Assembly (NCBI GenBank): GCA_028695135.1
Contig: JAQVJM010000001.1
Coordinates: 13,718 to 77,717 of the forward strand
Length of the DNA stretch: 64,000 bases
Origin: Candidatus Moraniibacteriota bacterium
GTDB lineage: Bacteria; Patescibacteriota; Minisyncoccia; Moranbacterales; UBA9337
Reading direction: 5' to 3'
Positions 1 through 10,249 of this stretch are shown here, piece after piece. The translations under genes were made by a program, and so were the position numbers. Position 1 is the stretch's first letter; the number at the start of each line of letters is the position of its first letter. Under the pieces are notes generated by a model, which worked only from the letters and a program-made list of their open reading frames with translations, was not told the origin of the DNA and ran no database searches.

Positions 1-230
1 GGAACTAGGCGTGGGCTGGCGAATATTTAGGGAGTGAGGCTTGAAAGGCTGTCTATATATCTCAAGTTTAAATTAACTTCAATTTTAATATATATCAAAA
101 TATATGTTTCTAGAGATAAATTTGTTGTAGTTGTAGGGACAGGTTTAAAACCTATCCCTACAAAAATATGCACACAAAAAATAATCTCTCCTAAAAGCTA
201 AAACCTATAAGCTGAAAGCTGTAAAAACTA

Positions 231-259
231 TTGACAAACGGATAATCATTATATAATAT
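231..259 (+). promoter_or_regulatory. Putative sigma70 promoter upstream of rpsL (TTGACA at 231-236, TATAAT/TAATAT-like -10 at 252-259)
   Basis: TTGACA hexamer followed 15-17 nt later by TATAAT/TAATAT about 90 bp upstream of the rpsL start; preceded by a small inverted repeat gtagggaca...tatccctac (128-158). Confidence 0.45.
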
Positions 260-348
260 TAGAACTGCGCTAAATTTTTTAGCAGCATTTTAATTTAATA
301 ACAAAAAACTTGGCGAACTTCGCCAAAGGTTTTGAATTTAATCCGGAA

Positions 349-765
349 ATGCCAACAATAAATCAGCTCAAAAGAAAATCGAGAAAATCAGTCAAGAAAA
401 AAACAAAGTCTCCGGCGATGTCTTTTGTTTTTAACACGATAAAAAACAGGCCGACTGAATCGCAGGGTCCTTTTAAAAGAGGAGTCTGCCTGAGCGTAAA
501 AACCACTACTCCTAAGAAACCCAATTCAGCTCTCAGGAAGATTGCCAGAGTTCGTCTTACGAATGGAATGGAAGTGACGGCATATATCCCGGGAATCGGA
601 CACAACCTGCAAGAGCACTCAATCGTGATGATCAGAGGCGGAAGAGTGAAGGACTTACCTGGAGTCAGATATCATGTGGTAAGGGGAATTCTGGATACGG
701 CCGGGGTGGACGGAAGGAAAAGAGGAAGGAGCAAGTATGGAGCCAAGAGACCTAAGGGAGAATAA
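349..765 (+). CDS. rpsL: 30S ribosomal protein S12
   Basis: Translation [10 protein letters not shown]...KRGVC...[10 protein letters not shown]...GHNLQEHS...[14 protein letters not shown] matches S12 signature motifs. Start trimmed from the ORF-track 310 to the ATG at 349 (MPTINQL). Confidence 0.95.
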   Translation: MPTINQLKRKSRKSVKKKTKSPAMSFVFNTIKNRPTESQGPFKRGVCLSVKTTTPKKPNSALRKIARVRLTNGMEVTAYIPGIGHNLQEHSIVMIRGGRVKDLPGVRYHVVRGILDTAGVDGRKRGRSKYGAKRPKGE

Positions 766-879
766 GACTGTCTTTACGAATTACTAATTTATTACGAATA
801 TACGAATGAAATAGTGATTCGAAAGAAATTAATTAAAAATTAGTATATTAGTATAAATTAGTAATTAGTAAAGAAACAC

Positions 880-1347
880 ATGCCAAGAAGAAAGAGAAAA
901 TATCCCAGTCATTGGAAAGCCGATCCAAAATACGGAAATATTTTATTAGGAAGGTTTATAGGTTCTATCATGCTTGACGGAAAAAGAAGCGTAGCCGAAG
1001 AGATAGTATATAAATCCTTCGATATTATCCATGAAAAAACCCAAAAGGGCGGACTGAACGTTTTTGAACAGGCGGTTAAAAACGTATCGCCTCTCTTGAT
1101 AGTTCGATCAAAAAGAGTCGGAGGAACTAATTATCAGGTTCCGGTTCAGGTTTCCGGAACCAAAAGGCAGGCGTTGGCAATGGCATGGATAAAAGAGGCT
1201 TGCAGGAAAAGAAAAGGCAAAAGCATGGCGGAGAAACTGGCAGATGAACTTTTGGAAGCTTCCGAAAAAACCGGGTCAGCCATAAAGAAGAAAGAAGATG
1301 TGCACAAGATGGCTGAATCCAACAAGGCTTTTGCTCACTTCGCGTAG
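880..1347 (+). CDS. rpsG: 30S ribosomal protein S7
   Basis: MPRRK...PKYGN..., 155 aa, canonical S7 N-terminus, located between rpsL and fusA (str operon order). Confidence 0.95.
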   Translation: MPRRKRKYPSHWKADPKYGNILLGRFIGSIMLDGKRSVAEEIVYKSFDIIHEKTQKGGLNVFEQAVKNVSPLLIVRSKRVGGTNYQVPVQVSGTKRQALAMAWIKEACRKRKGKSMAEKLADELLEASEKTGSAIKKKEDVHKMAESNKAFAHFA

Positions 1348-1477
1348 TAATCCGCTAAAATACAAATCTTATACGAATCTACAAATTTATAATTGCCATC
1401 AAATCTATGGGCACGAAGGCTCTAGCCATTTGTATATTGTAGCTAATTTGTAAATTTATAGGTATTAAGTAAAAAAC

Positions 1478-3598
1478 ATGGCCACCGACATAAAAAAATT
1501 AAGAAATATCGGAATTATAGCTCATATAGACGGAGGAAAAACTACTACCACCGAGCGTATTTTATTTTACACCGGAATTACTCACAAGATCGGAGAAGTT
1601 CATGAGGGAGAGGCCACTATGGATTGGATGGAGCAAGAGAGAGAAAGAGGAATCACTATTACCAGCGCGGCTACGACTTGTTTTTGGAAGGATCATCAGG
1701 TAAACATCATAGATACTCCCGGACACGTGGACTTCACGGTGGAAGTAGAGAGATCTCTTCGCGTTTTGGACGGCGCGGTGGTTATTTTTGACGGAAAAGA
1801 GGGAGTGGAGCCCCAGTCAGAGACTGTCTGGAGACAAGCCGATCGATATCATGTTCCTAGGTTTTGCTTCATTAACAAGATTGACAAAGAAGGAGCAGAT
1901 TTTGAAAATGCTTTGAAATCCATCCACAACAGACTTACTCCCAATGCCTTGGCCATACAAATGCCTATTGGGGAAAGGGACCAGTTCAAAGGGGTCATCG
2001 ATCTGGTAAAGATGAGATCCTATACTTTTGAAGGAGATATGGGAGAAAAAGTAATCGAGGGAGAAATCCCTGCAGAACTTTTGGAAGAAGCCAAAAGCAA
2101 AAGGGAAAAAATGGTTGAGAAGATAGCCGAAACGGATGATGCGCTGGTAGAAAAATATCTTGAGGGTCAGGAAATATCCGAAGAAGAGATCAAATCGGGT
2201 CTGCGAAAGGCGGTCATAGAAGTGAAGATCGTTCCGGTCATTATGGGAACAGCCTTGAGAAATAAAGGCGTGCAGCTTCTCTTGGATGCCGTGGTGGATT
2301 ACCTGCCCTCTCCTTTGGATCTGCCTCCGGTAAAAGGAGAAAATGTCAAAACCGGAGAGGAAGTGGAAATCAATCCTTCGGCGGAAGAGCCTTTTGCAGC
2401 GTTGGCCTTTAAAATAGCAGCCGATCCTTTTGTGGGACAGCTTACTTTTTTCAGAATTTATTCAGGATCGGTAAAAGCTGGATCATATATTTTAAATTCG
2501 ACCAAAGGAGAAAAAGAGAGAATCGGCAGGATTTTAAGAATGCATTCAAATCATCGCGAGGAAATAGAGGAACTTGGAGTGGGAGAGATCGGCGCGCTGG
2601 TCGGCCTTAAAAATACTACCACCGGGGACACTCTTTGCGACCAGGATAGGCCGGTGATACTGGAAAAAATGACATTTCCGGAGCCGGTTATCGATATTGC
2701 CATTGAGCCGAAAACAAAAGCTGATCAAGAAAAAATGGGCTTGGCTCTCAAAAAGCTGGCGGAAGAAGATCCGACTTTTAGGGTGAGAAGCGATGAAGAA
2801 ACCGGACAGACCATCATTTCGGGAATGGGGGAATTGCATTTAGATGTTTTGGTGGACAGGATGAAAAGGGAATTCAAGGTAGAAGCTAACGTAGGCAAGC
2901 CCCAGGTAGCTTATAGAGAGACTATCAGATCTTCCAAGGAAGCGGAAGGAAAATATATCAAGCAATCGGGAGGACGAGGACAATACGGACATTGTTGGGT
3001 CAGGATTGAACCTCTGGTCAAAGAAGCCGTTAAGGAAGAAGAAGGAAAGGAAAAAGAGGAAGAAAAAATATTCGAATTCGCAAATGAAATAAAAGGAGGA
3101 GCGATTCCTCAAGAATTTATCCCTCACATCGAAAAAGGAATAAAAGAAGCGATGGGCAACGGAATTTTAGCCGGATTTCCGATGGTTGACGTCAAGGCTA
3201 CTCTTTATGACGGAAGTTATCATGATGTGGACTCGTCTGAGGCGGCTTTTAAGATTGCCGGTTCCATGGCTTTCAAGGCGGCGGCCAGGGAGGCTAACCC
3301 GGTTCTTCTCGAGCCGATAATGAAAGTGGTGGTAACTGTTCCGGAACAATACATGGGAGATGTGGTTGGAGACATAAACTCAAAGAGAGGAATCATAAAA
3401 GAAATAAATGACAGAGGAGAGGGTACCGCTATGGTCAAGGAGATAGAAGCGGAAATTCCCTTAGCTTCCATGTTCGGTTACGCCACTCAACTCAGAAGCA
3501 TGACCCAGGGAAGAGCAAGCTACTATATGGAATTTGAAAAATATTCCGAAGTGCCTAATAATATAGCCCAAGAAATAATATCAGGAGATAAAAAATAA
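1478..3598 (+). CDS. fusA: Elongation factor G
   Basis: N-terminal [16 protein letters not shown]-domain, DTPGHVDF, 706 aa, conserved str operon position; short acidic insertion ([11 protein letters not shown]) before the domain [11 protein letters not shown] motif. Confidence 0.95.
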   Translation: MATDIKKLRNIGIIAHIDGGKTTTTERILFYTGITHKIGEVHEGEATMDWMEQERERGITITSAATTCFWKDHQVNIIDTPGHVDFTVEVERSLRVLDGAVVIFDGKEGVEPQSETVWRQADRYHVPRFCFINKIDKEGADFENALKSIHNRLTPNALAIQMPIGERDQFKGVIDLVKMRSYTFEGDMGEKVIEGEIPAELLEEAKSKREKMVEKIAETDDALVEKYLEGQEISEEEIKSGLRKAVIEVKIVPVIMGTALRNKGVQLLLDAVVDYLPSPLDLPPVKGENVKTGEEVEINPSAEEPFAALAFKIAADPFVGQLTFFRIYSGSVKAGSYILNSTKGEKERIGRILRMHSNHREEIEELGVGEIGALVGLKNTTTGDTLCDQDRPVILEKMTFPEPVIDIAIEPKTKADQEKMGLALKKLAEEDPTFRVRSDEETGQTIISGMGELHLDVLVDRMKREFKVEANVGKPQVAYRETIRSSKEAEGKYIKQSGGRGQYGHCWVRIEPLVKEAVKEEEGKEKEEEKIFEFANEIKGGAIPQEFIPHIEKGIKEAMGNGILAGFPMVDVKATLYDGSYHDVDSSEAAFKIAGSMAFKAAAREANPVLLEPIMKVVVTVPEQYMGDVVGDINSKRGIIKEINDRGEGTAMVKEIEAEIPLASMFGYATQLRSMTQGRASYYMEFEKYSEVPNNIAQEIISGDKK

Positions 3599-3650
3599 TT
3601 TTTTCAGGCCAAGCCGGCTAAAAAAATTTCATAATTCTGAAATTCAGCCC

Positions 3651-3685
3651 TTGACAGTTGACAAAAAAAGATAGGATGCTACTAT
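3651..3685 (+). promoter_or_regulatory. Putative tuf promoter (tandem TTGACA -35 boxes at 3651/3658, 16-nt spacer, TACTAT -10 at 3680-3685)
   Basis: cccTTGACAgTTGACAaaaaaagataggatgcTACTATgg in the fusA-tuf spacer; followed by two small leader hairpins (tagcacttgtcagtgcta; gcgaaagtggattttctttcgc). Confidence 0.5.
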
Positions 3686-3794
3686 GGCCTAGTAGCACTT
3701 GTCAGTGCTATTGTTTGCAATTTTATTTTACAATAATTAGTAAAAAACATAATAAAAATTTGCGAAAGTGGATTTTCTTTCGCGCGAAAATTTT

Positions 3795-4985
3795 ATGGCA
3801 GAAAAATTTCAAAGAACTAAGCCACATGTAAATGTGGGAACGATCGGCCATGTCGATCATGGCAAGACAACCCTTACGGCTGCGATACTCAAAGTGTTGA
3901 GCTTTAAAGGTTGGGCGTCGGCCAAAGCGGTTTCTGATATCGATAATGCTCCTGAGGAAAAGGAGAGAGGTGTTACCATTGCAACCGCTCACTGCGAATA
4001 TGAATCGGAAAAAAGACATTATGCCCATGTGGATTGCCCGGGGCATGCCGATTATATTAAAAACATGATTACCGGAGCGGCTCAGATGGACGGAGCGATC
4101 CTAGTTGTCAGTGCGACTGACGGACCCATGCCTCAGACAAGAGAGCATATCCTTTTGGCCAAGCAAGTGGGAGTTCCAAATATAGTAGTCTTTATAAATA
4201 AGGTTGATATGGTGGATGATCCGGAACTGATTGATCTGGTTGAGGAAGAAGTGAAAGAGCTTCTTTCCAAATATGAATTCGACGGAGAAAACGCTTCTAT
4301 AATAAGAGGTTCCGCTCTTAAGGCGCTTGAATCATCCAGCGCTGACGATGAAGCAGCTAAACCGATTTTTGATTTGATAAAGGCTTTGGATGAAAAAATT
4401 CCCGAACCTAAAAGAGACACTGAGAAACCTCTACTTATGCCTATTGAAGATATCTTTTCGATTGAAGGAAGAGGAACTGTGGCTACGGGAAGAATTGAAA
4501 GGGGCGTTATAAACTTAAACGATGAAATAGAAATAGTCGGACTTAGAGACACGCAAAAAACGACTGTTACCGGAATTGAAATGTTTAACAAACAACTGGA
4601 CAAAGGAGAAGCTGGAGATAATGCCGGAGTTCTTCTTCGCGGAACTAAAAAAGAGGACATAGAGAGAGGGCAGGTCATTGCAGCTCCCGGATCGATTACC
4701 CCGCATACTGAATTTGAGGGAGAAGTTTACGTTCTCACCAAAGAAGAAGGCGGAAGGCATACTCCTTTTTTCAAGGGATATAAGCCCCAATTCTACATCC
4801 GAACCACTGATGTTACCGGAGAAGTCGAGCTTCCCGAGGGGACAGAGATGGTTATGCCGGGGGACACTGTTAATTTAAAAATAAAACTTTCTTCCCATGT
4901 CGCCATGGAGGATGGAATGAGATTTGCCATTCGCGAGGGAGGAAGAACTGTAGGCGCCGGTATCGTTACTAAAATCATCAAATAA
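3795..4985 (+). CDS. tuf: Elongation factor Tu
   Basis: [31 protein letters not shown]..., [12 protein letters not shown]; start trimmed to the ATG at 3795. Confidence 0.97.
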   Translation: MAEKFQRTKPHVNVGTIGHVDHGKTTLTAAILKVLSFKGWASAKAVSDIDNAPEEKERGVTIATAHCEYESEKRHYAHVDCPGHADYIKNMITGAAQMDGAILVVSATDGPMPQTREHILLAKQVGVPNIVVFINKVDMVDDPELIDLVEEEVKELLSKYEFDGENASIIRGSALKALESSSADDEAAKPIFDLIKALDEKIPEPKRDTEKPLLMPIEDIFSIEGRGTVATGRIERGVINLNDEIEIVGLRDTQKTTVTGIEMFNKQLDKGEAGDNAGVLLRGTKKEDIERGQVIAAPGSITPHTEFEGEVYVLTKEEGGRHTPFFKGYKPQFYIRTTDVTGEVELPEGTEMVMPGDTVNLKIKLSSHVAMEDGMRFAIREGGRTVGAGIVTKIIK

Positions 4986-5081
4986 ATTTGAGCGAATATA
5001 ATCCTGCTCTTTTTGAAGGGCAGGACGATTATCCCCTCAAAATCGGGATAAAGTAATTTATTGCCAGATCTTGTTACAAAA

Positions 5082-5405
5082 ATGGTTAAAAAAGAAGAAG
5101 GACAATCAAGGATCAGAATAAAAATCAAGGCTTACGACAATAAAGTCATTGATCAATCTGCCAAGAAAATAATCGACACAGCGATGCGTTCGGGAGCCGA
5201 AGTTTCCGGTCCGATTCCGTTGCCTACGGAAATCCATAAGACAACCGTTAATAAATCAACTTTTGTGCACAAAAACGCTCGCGAGCAATTTGAAATGAGA
5301 GTGCATAAGCGGTTGATAGATATTTTAAATCCGAAACCAAAGACTATAGACGATTTGACCAGCCTTGATCTGCCGGCGGGTGTTGACATCGAAGTTAAGA
5401 TGTAG
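5082..5405 (+). CDS. rpsJ: 30S ribosomal protein S10
   Basis: [24 protein letters not shown]... typical S10; start inferred at MVKKEEG (5082). Confidence 0.9.
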   Translation: MVKKEEGQSRIRIKIKAYDNKVIDQSAKKIIDTAMRSGAEVSGPIPLPTEIHKTTVNKSTFVHKNAREQFEMRVHKRLIDILNPKPKTIDDLTSLDLPAGVDIEVKM

Positions 5406-5658
5406 TAGATTTAATAAGAAAATACAACTAGTTAAAGTCCCCATCTCTTGAAAAGAGATGCGAGATACTAAGCTAGCCAGGTGGTACCAAAACTATTTTA
5501 GTTTTTTACTGGCTCTTATCGACCAGTTTTTTTATTTGAATCAGTTTTAGAGATTATCCCGCAACCGATTATAAGAAATTATCTGAAAATCCAGATCCTC
5601 ATTTGTAGAATCGCCTGCGGCTTAATCAGAGTAAATATTTAGATTTTAGATGAAATAG

Positions 5659-5707
5659 GTGCGGGATGCTCATTTTGTAGCTGCTCGCTCCACTCGTAGA
5701 CAAAATG
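5659..5707 (+). promoter_or_regulatory. Conserved leader element GTGCGGGATGCTyATTTT...CTCGCTC upstream of rplC, with a hairpin (cattttgt/acaaaatg, 5671-5707) sequestering the rplC start codon
   Basis: Near-identical motif recurs upstream of rplO (15116-15172). The 8-bp stem's 3' arm contains the rplC ATG (5705-5707); no Shine-Dalgarno sequence present. Confidence 0.4.
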
Positions 5708-6277
5708 AGAAAATTTATACTGGGAAAAAAGATAGGAATGACGACTGTTTATGACAAGGACAAGGGAGCTTTGAATGTTACCTTGATTGAATGCGTTCCT
5801 AATAAGGTGTCCCTTATCAGAAGTGAGGATAAGGATGGATATTTCGCCATTCAATTGAGCATGGAAAAATCCAAGAAGGATGAATTCAAAAAAGAGTTCA
5901 GAGTTTCCAAAGAAGAAGTTGGCTCTTTTAAGGAAGGGGGAGAAATCACATTGGATAAATTCGAGTTGGAGGAGAGAGTGCGCGTTTCCGGGGTGGCAAA
6001 ATCCAAGGGATTCCAGGGCGTTATGAAAAGGCATGGATTTCACGGATCTCCATCTAGCCATGGGCACAGACATGATCATAGGGCGCCTGGCTCTATAGGT
6101 CCGGGATATCCGCAACATGTTTTGAAGGGCAGGAAAATGGCGGGAAGAATGGGAGGAAAAAGAGCGACTACTAAAAATTTAAAGATTGCCCTTATCGACA
6201 GAGAAAATAATATTGTAGGTGTTAGAGGTCCTGTTCCGGGAGTAAATGGGAGAATAGTTGAAATATTTTGTAAATAG
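5705..6277 (+). CDS. rplC: 50S ribosomal protein L3
   Basis: 190 aa; KIGMTTVYD..., FQGVMKRHGF typical L3; S10-operon order. Confidence 0.93.
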   Translation: MRKFILGKKIGMTTVYDKDKGALNVTLIECVPNKVSLIRSEDKDGYFAIQLSMEKSKKDEFKKEFRVSKEEVGSFKEGGEITLDKFELEERVRVSGVAKSKGFQGVMKRHGFHGSPSSHGHRHDHRAPGSIGPGYPQHVLKGRKMAGRMGGKRATTKNLKIALIDRENNIVGVRGPVPGVNGRIVEIFCK

Positions 6278-6279
6278 TT

Positions 6280-6906
6280 ATGAAAATAGCAGTTTATAAT
6301 TTGGAAGGAAAAAAACTGAAAGATATGGAATTATCTGAAGATGTTTTTGGTGTTGAAAAAAATGAATTTCTTTTGCACCAGGTTTATGTAGCTAAAAAAG
6401 CCAACCGGAGAAAGCCGATTGCGCATACCAAAAACAGAGGAGAGGTGGCAGGCTCAGGAATAAAGCCCTGGAGACAGAAAGGGACCGGCAGAGCGAGAGT
6501 GGGATCAGTAAGAACTCCGGTTTGGAAAGGCGGAGGAATAGTTTTCGGACCGACCAAAGAAAGAAATTTCAGCAAGAAAGTCAACAATAGGGCCAATCGA
6601 AAAGCCATAAAGATGGCTCTCAGTGAGAAAGCGAAAAAAGGCAATATGATCGTGGTCGACAGTTTCAAGCTAAAGGAGAAAAAGACCAAAGAATTTGCCA
6701 AAGGAATGGATAATCTGAAATTGAAAGGAAAAATTTTACTGAGTCTGGGAGAAAAGGAAAAGGATGCGTATCTGTATTCAAGAAACATAAAAAACATGAA
6801 ATGCATCCCCGCAAAGATTATAAACGTGATGGATTTGCTCGATTATTCAAAATTACTGATCAGCGAGGACTCGATCAAATACCTGGAAAAAAAGTATAAT
6901 AGATAA
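6280..6906 (+). CDS. rplD: 50S ribosomal protein L4
   Basis: 208 aa; ...KPWRQKGTGRARVGSVRTPVWKGGGIVFGP canonical L4 motif. Confidence 0.93.
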   Translation: MKIAVYNLEGKKLKDMELSEDVFGVEKNEFLLHQVYVAKKANRRKPIAHTKNRGEVAGSGIKPWRQKGTGRARVGSVRTPVWKGGGIVFGPTKERNFSKKVNNRANRKAIKMALSEKAKKGNMIVVDSFKLKEKKTKEFAKGMDNLKLKGKILLSLGEKEKDAYLYSRNIKNMKCIPAKIINVMDLLDYSKLLISEDSIKYLEKKYNR

Positions 6907-6911
6907 ATCGT

Positions 6912-7349
6912 ATGAGTTTATTCGGAAAAAAAGGAGACAATAAAAAGGAAGAAAAAGAAGTTTCTGATAAAAAAGCGGAAGGAAGCGAAGTTAAGATTGA
7001 GAAAGGAGAGGATAAAGAGATTTCTGCCCCAAAAAAATCCAAAAAGATTTTGAATAAAGAATTGGATGGAAGTTTGGCATATGAAACTGTGGTAAAGCCA
7101 TGGATAACGGAGAAGACCCACAGTTTAATGTCAGATGGAAAATATGTTTTCAAGATAAGGAAAGGGATAGATAAAATCCGGATTAAAGAGGCGATCGAAA
7201 GCCTGTACGGAGTGGAGATTGAAAAAATCAACATGGTTAACATCCCTCAAAAAAGAAGAAGATTCGGAAGAATTGAGGGAAAGAAGTCAGGTGTTAAAAA
7301 AGCGATCATCACATTGAGAGAAGGAGAAAGCATAGAATTTTTCGAGTAG
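6912..7349 (+). CDS. rplW: 50S ribosomal protein L23 with ~50-aa Lys/Glu-rich N-terminal extension
   Basis: C-terminal 95 aa match L23 (YETVVKPWITEKTHSL...FKI...KIRIKEAIESLYGVEIEKINMVN); N-terminal KKEEKEVSDKKAEG... low-complexity extension. Confidence 0.88.
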   Translation: MSLFGKKGDNKKEEKEVSDKKAEGSEVKIEKGEDKEISAPKKSKKILNKELDGSLAYETVVKPWITEKTHSLMSDGKYVFKIRKGIDKIRIKEAIESLYGVEIEKINMVNIPQKRRRFGRIEGKKSGVKKAIITLREGESIEFFE

Positions 7350-7451
7350 ATCATGCGGATAAGGATATGAATCGAATCCGAATGATATTCCGATGCAATA
7401 AATATGATTCGTATCACATAACTCGCATATAATTAGAATCAAAATTAGCAT

Positions 7452-7778
7452 ATGTCAAGAAGTTTAAAGAAAGGTCCTTATGTAGATGAAAGATTGATGA
7501 AAAAAATCAAGGACAAACAACCTGGTGACAAGAAGCCGATCAGGACATGGTCGAGAGCTTGCACTATTGTGCCGGAGATGGTGGGTTTTGTATTAGAAGT
7601 GCATAATGGAAGAAAATTTGTCGAAGTCAGTGTTATTGAAGAAATGGTCGGCCATAAATTGGGAGAATTTGCCCACACCAGAACATTCTTGAGACACGGA
7701 GGAAAGATCCAGAAGGAATTAGAATTAGCGGCCAAACAGAAAGAAATCGATTCCGCCAAGGCTGCCAAGACAGAATAA
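7452..7778 (+). CDS. rpsS: 30S ribosomal protein S19
   Basis: [19 protein letters not shown]...[19 protein letters not shown]...HNGRKFVEV...[16 protein letters not shown], canonical S19; note it precedes rplV and rplB (non-canonical order). Confidence 0.93.
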   Translation: MSRSLKKGPYVDERLMKKIKDKQPGDKKPIRTWSRACTIVPEMVGFVLEVHNGRKFVEVSVIEEMVGHKLGEFAHTRTFLRHGGKIQKELELAAKQKEIDSAKAAKTE

Positions 7779-7806
7779 TCCCTAAGAAATTTCATATAAA
7801 TTAGCA

Positions 7807-7857
7807 GTTCGCCCGCTTGCGATCCATTCGCATAAGCGTCGCGGGCAGATGAGAATA
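7807..7857 (+). repeat. Copy 1 of a ~50-bp direct repeat / leader hairpin element (gcccgc...cgcataagcg...gcgggc) immediately upstream of rplV
   Basis: agttcgcccgcttgcgatccattcgcataagcgtcgcgggcagatgagaata vs copy 2 at 8550-8600 (~85% identity); both end 3 nt before the start codon; forms nested stem gcccgc/gcgggc. Confidence 0.7.
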
Positions 7858-7859
7858 AC

Positions 7860-8411
7860 ATGAAAGTCAAAGTTAAGGCAAAATTGAATAATTTGAGAAT
7901 ATCCCCGAGAAAGGTAAGGATTTCAGCCGATATGGTAAGAAATTGCAACGCAGGCGAGGCAATCTTTAGATTGAAAAATACGATTAAAAAATCCAACGAG
8001 CCTCTGAAAAAATTAATCGAGAGCGCAATCGCCAATGCAAAAGACAGATATGATCTGAAAACGGATGAATTGAAAATAGCAGATATCCAAGTGGGAGAAG
8101 GAATGACCCTGAAGCGCTGGACCCCTAGAGCCTATGGAAGGGCGACCGAGATTTTGAAAAGAAGTTCTCATATTTATCTGACTCTCGAGGCGGAAACGGC
8201 CGAAGAGAAAAAAAAGAAGAGCAAGAAGAAAGAGGTGAAAATTGCGGATGATAAAACAGAGGGAAAAATCGAAACGGTGGAGAAAGTGGATGTCAAAAAA
8301 GACAAGATAACCGGGGATATTAAAAAAGGACATTTTGAAGTAGAAGGCAAGAGGAAAGAAAGCAGGGAAAAAGGCTGGACAAAGAAGATATTTAAGAGAA
8401 AGTCGATGTAA
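7860..8411 (+). CDS. rplV: 50S ribosomal protein L22 with ~70-aa Lys/Glu-rich C-terminal extension
   Basis: N-terminal 110 aa match L22 (AKLNNLRISPRKVR...IESAIANA...LKIADIQVGEGMTLKRWTPRAYGRA); C-terminal EEKKKKSKKKEVK... extension. Confidence 0.9.
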   Translation: MKVKVKAKLNNLRISPRKVRISADMVRNCNAGEAIFRLKNTIKKSNEPLKKLIESAIANAKDRYDLKTDELKIADIQVGEGMTLKRWTPRAYGRATEILKRSSHIYLTLEAETAEEKKKKSKKKEVKIADDKTEGKIETVEKVDVKKDKITGDIKKGHFEVEGKRKESREKGWTKKIFKRKSM

Positions 8412-8549
8412 ATAGCTACTGCGAAGTACGAACTTATACGGATTTACGAACAAGCGCTGGAAGAATTTAAATAATTTATTTTTAATACAAGAATATAATT
8501 TGAATAAGAATTACATTTGTACATAATTTTGCGGTTCTATATGAGTCGT

Positions 8550-8600
8550 AATTCGCCCGCCTGCAATGCATTCGCATAAGCGCCGCGGGCAGGCATAGAA
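8550..8600 (+). repeat. Copy 2 of the ~50-bp direct repeat / leader hairpin element, immediately upstream of rplB
   Basis: aattcgcccgcctgcaatgcattcgcataagcgccgcgggcaggcatagaata; see copy 1. Confidence 0.7.
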
Positions 8601-8604
8601 TAGT

Positions 8605-9432
8605 ATGGCGATCAAAGTTTATAAAAAGAATAATGCGGGACGGAGAAATATGTCCGTAGTCAAGCCCGAAGGGCTTTCGAAAAATAAGCCGGAGAAATCT
8701 CTGCTAGTTGGACGCGGTAAAAAATCCGGACGTTCTGGAGGAAAGATTTCCGTTCGTCATAAAGGAGGCGGTCATAAGAAAAAATACAGGTTGGTGGATT
8801 TCAAGCAGGATAAATTTGGAATTCCCGGAAAAGTCAAATCTATCGAAAAAGATCCTTTCCGTTCAGCGTTGATAGCCCTGGTTGTTTATGCCGACGGAGA
8901 GAAAAGATATGTTCTAGCTACAGAAGGATTAAAGGAAGGAAAAGAAATAATATCAGATAAAAAGACGCCCTTTAAGAAAGGAAATAGGATGCAGATAAAA
9001 AATATTCCTGTCGGCACCATAATTTCCAATGTGGAAATGGCAATGGATGCGGGCGGCCAGCTGGCCAGGAGTGCCGGTTCGAGCGTTGTGCTTATGGGTA
9101 GTGAAGGGAGAATGGCTCAACTTAAGCTTTCTTCGGGAGAGATAAGGCTGGTAAGCAATGAATGTTATGCGACTATAGGACAAGTAAGCAATTTCGAACA
9201 CGGATCTGTCAGAGTGGGAAAAGCCGGAAGAAAAAGGTGGATGGGAATAAGGCCAGCAGTCAGAGGAACAGCTATGAATCCCGTTGACCATCCGCATGGA
9301 GGAGGAGAAGGAGTTCAAGGAATCGGACTGAAATATCCCAAAACTCCGTGGGGAAAGATCGCACTGGGAAAAAAGACCAGAAAGAAGAAAAAGCATAGTA
9401 ATAAATTTATAGTGAAGAGAAAGAAGAAATAA
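8605..9432 (+). CDS. rplB: 50S ribosomal protein L2
   Basis: 275 aa; [10 protein letters not shown]..., GRNNSG-like [24 protein letters not shown], ...HPHGGGEG; located after rplV instead of before rpsS. Confidence 0.95.
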   Translation: MAIKVYKKNNAGRRNMSVVKPEGLSKNKPEKSLLVGRGKKSGRSGGKISVRHKGGGHKKKYRLVDFKQDKFGIPGKVKSIEKDPFRSALIALVVYADGEKRYVLATEGLKEGKEIISDKKTPFKKGNRMQIKNIPVGTIISNVEMAMDAGGQLARSAGSSVVLMGSEGRMAQLKLSSGEIRLVSNECYATIGQVSNFEHGSVRVGKAGRKRWMGIRPAVRGTAMNPVDHPHGGGEGVQGIGLKYPKTPWGKIALGKKTRKKKKHSNKFIVKRKKK

Positions 9433-9526
9433 CTGTTGAAATTGTGATAATTGTTGAAGATGTTACAGTAAAATAAATTAGGACAAGCAAAGCGATATAA
9501 CAATTTGGACAACTAGAACAATTAAT

Positions 9527-10168
9527 ATGGGACAAAAAGTCAATCCAAAAGGATTCAGAATCGGAATAACAACCACCTGGCGCTCCAGATGGTTCGGGGG
9601 TAAAGATTATAGAAATAATCTCAAGGAAGATGTAAGCATACGCAAGGGGGTTATGGAAAAATGGAAGCAGGCTTCTATAGCCGATGTTGAAATTGAAAGG
9701 TTCAATAACGAAATACAGATTATTATTTTGACTTCTCGTCCCGGAGTGCTTATCGGAAGAGGAGGAACAGGTGTTGAGGATATCCAGAATTTTGTGAAAA
9801 AAAATTATTTTTCCGGAAAGAAAACCGCCATCAAGATAGAGGTTAAGGAAGTTAAAGATTTCGAATCCAACGCTTCCATTGTCGCCCAGCAAGTGGCCGA
9901 ACAGCTGGAAAAAAGGATGCCTTTCAGAAGAGTTTTAAAAACCACGCTGGATCAAGTTATGGGGAATAAGACAGTCAAAGGCGCCAAAGTGGAAGTATCG
10001 GGAAGATTGGGAGGAGCGGAAATGTCTAGGACCGAATGGCTTTCCAGAGGAACTATTCCTCTTCAGACAATGAGAGCGGATATAGATTTCGCCACAGCGA
10101 CTGCTAACACCACCTACGGTTCAATCGGAGTAAAGGCATGGATTTACAAGGGAGAAATATTTGAATAA
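9527..10168 (+). CDS. rpsC: 30S ribosomal protein S3
   Basis: MGQKVNPKGFRIGITTTWRSRWF..., KH and S3-C domains, 213 aa. Confidence 0.95.
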   Translation: MGQKVNPKGFRIGITTTWRSRWFGGKDYRNNLKEDVSIRKGVMEKWKQASIADVEIERFNNEIQIIILTSRPGVLIGRGGTGVEDIQNFVKKNYFSGKKTAIKIEVKEVKDFESNASIVAQQVAEQLEKRMPFRRVLKTTLDQVMGNKTVKGAKVEVSGRLGGAEMSRTEWLSRGTIPLQTMRADIDFATATANTTYGSIGVKAWIYKGEIFE

Positions 10169-10249
10169 TCTCGTAAAGCATAACGTATAGCGCATAACGC
10201 AATAAATAAAAATGATTTGCGTTTCACGCTCCACGTTTTACGAAATAAT

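Noticed and set aside
310-348. Extended S12 N-terminus [13 protein letters not shown] from the ORF-track start at 310
   Set aside because: S12 universally begins near MPTINQL. The internal ATG at 349 gives the canonical N-terminus.
2546-3471. Several antisense ORFs (80-100 aa) inside fusA, tuf and other conserved genes
   Set aside because: They are fully embedded opposite high-confidence conserved genes and have low-complexity translations. These are typical spurious ORFs.
5406-5704. Possible tRNA or small protein gene in the 300-bp rpsJ-rplC spacer
   Set aside because: There is no cloverleaf-compatible sequence (no GTTCRANYC T-loop with matching acceptor stem) and no ORF of 60 aa or more. 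It is treated as a structured leader instead.
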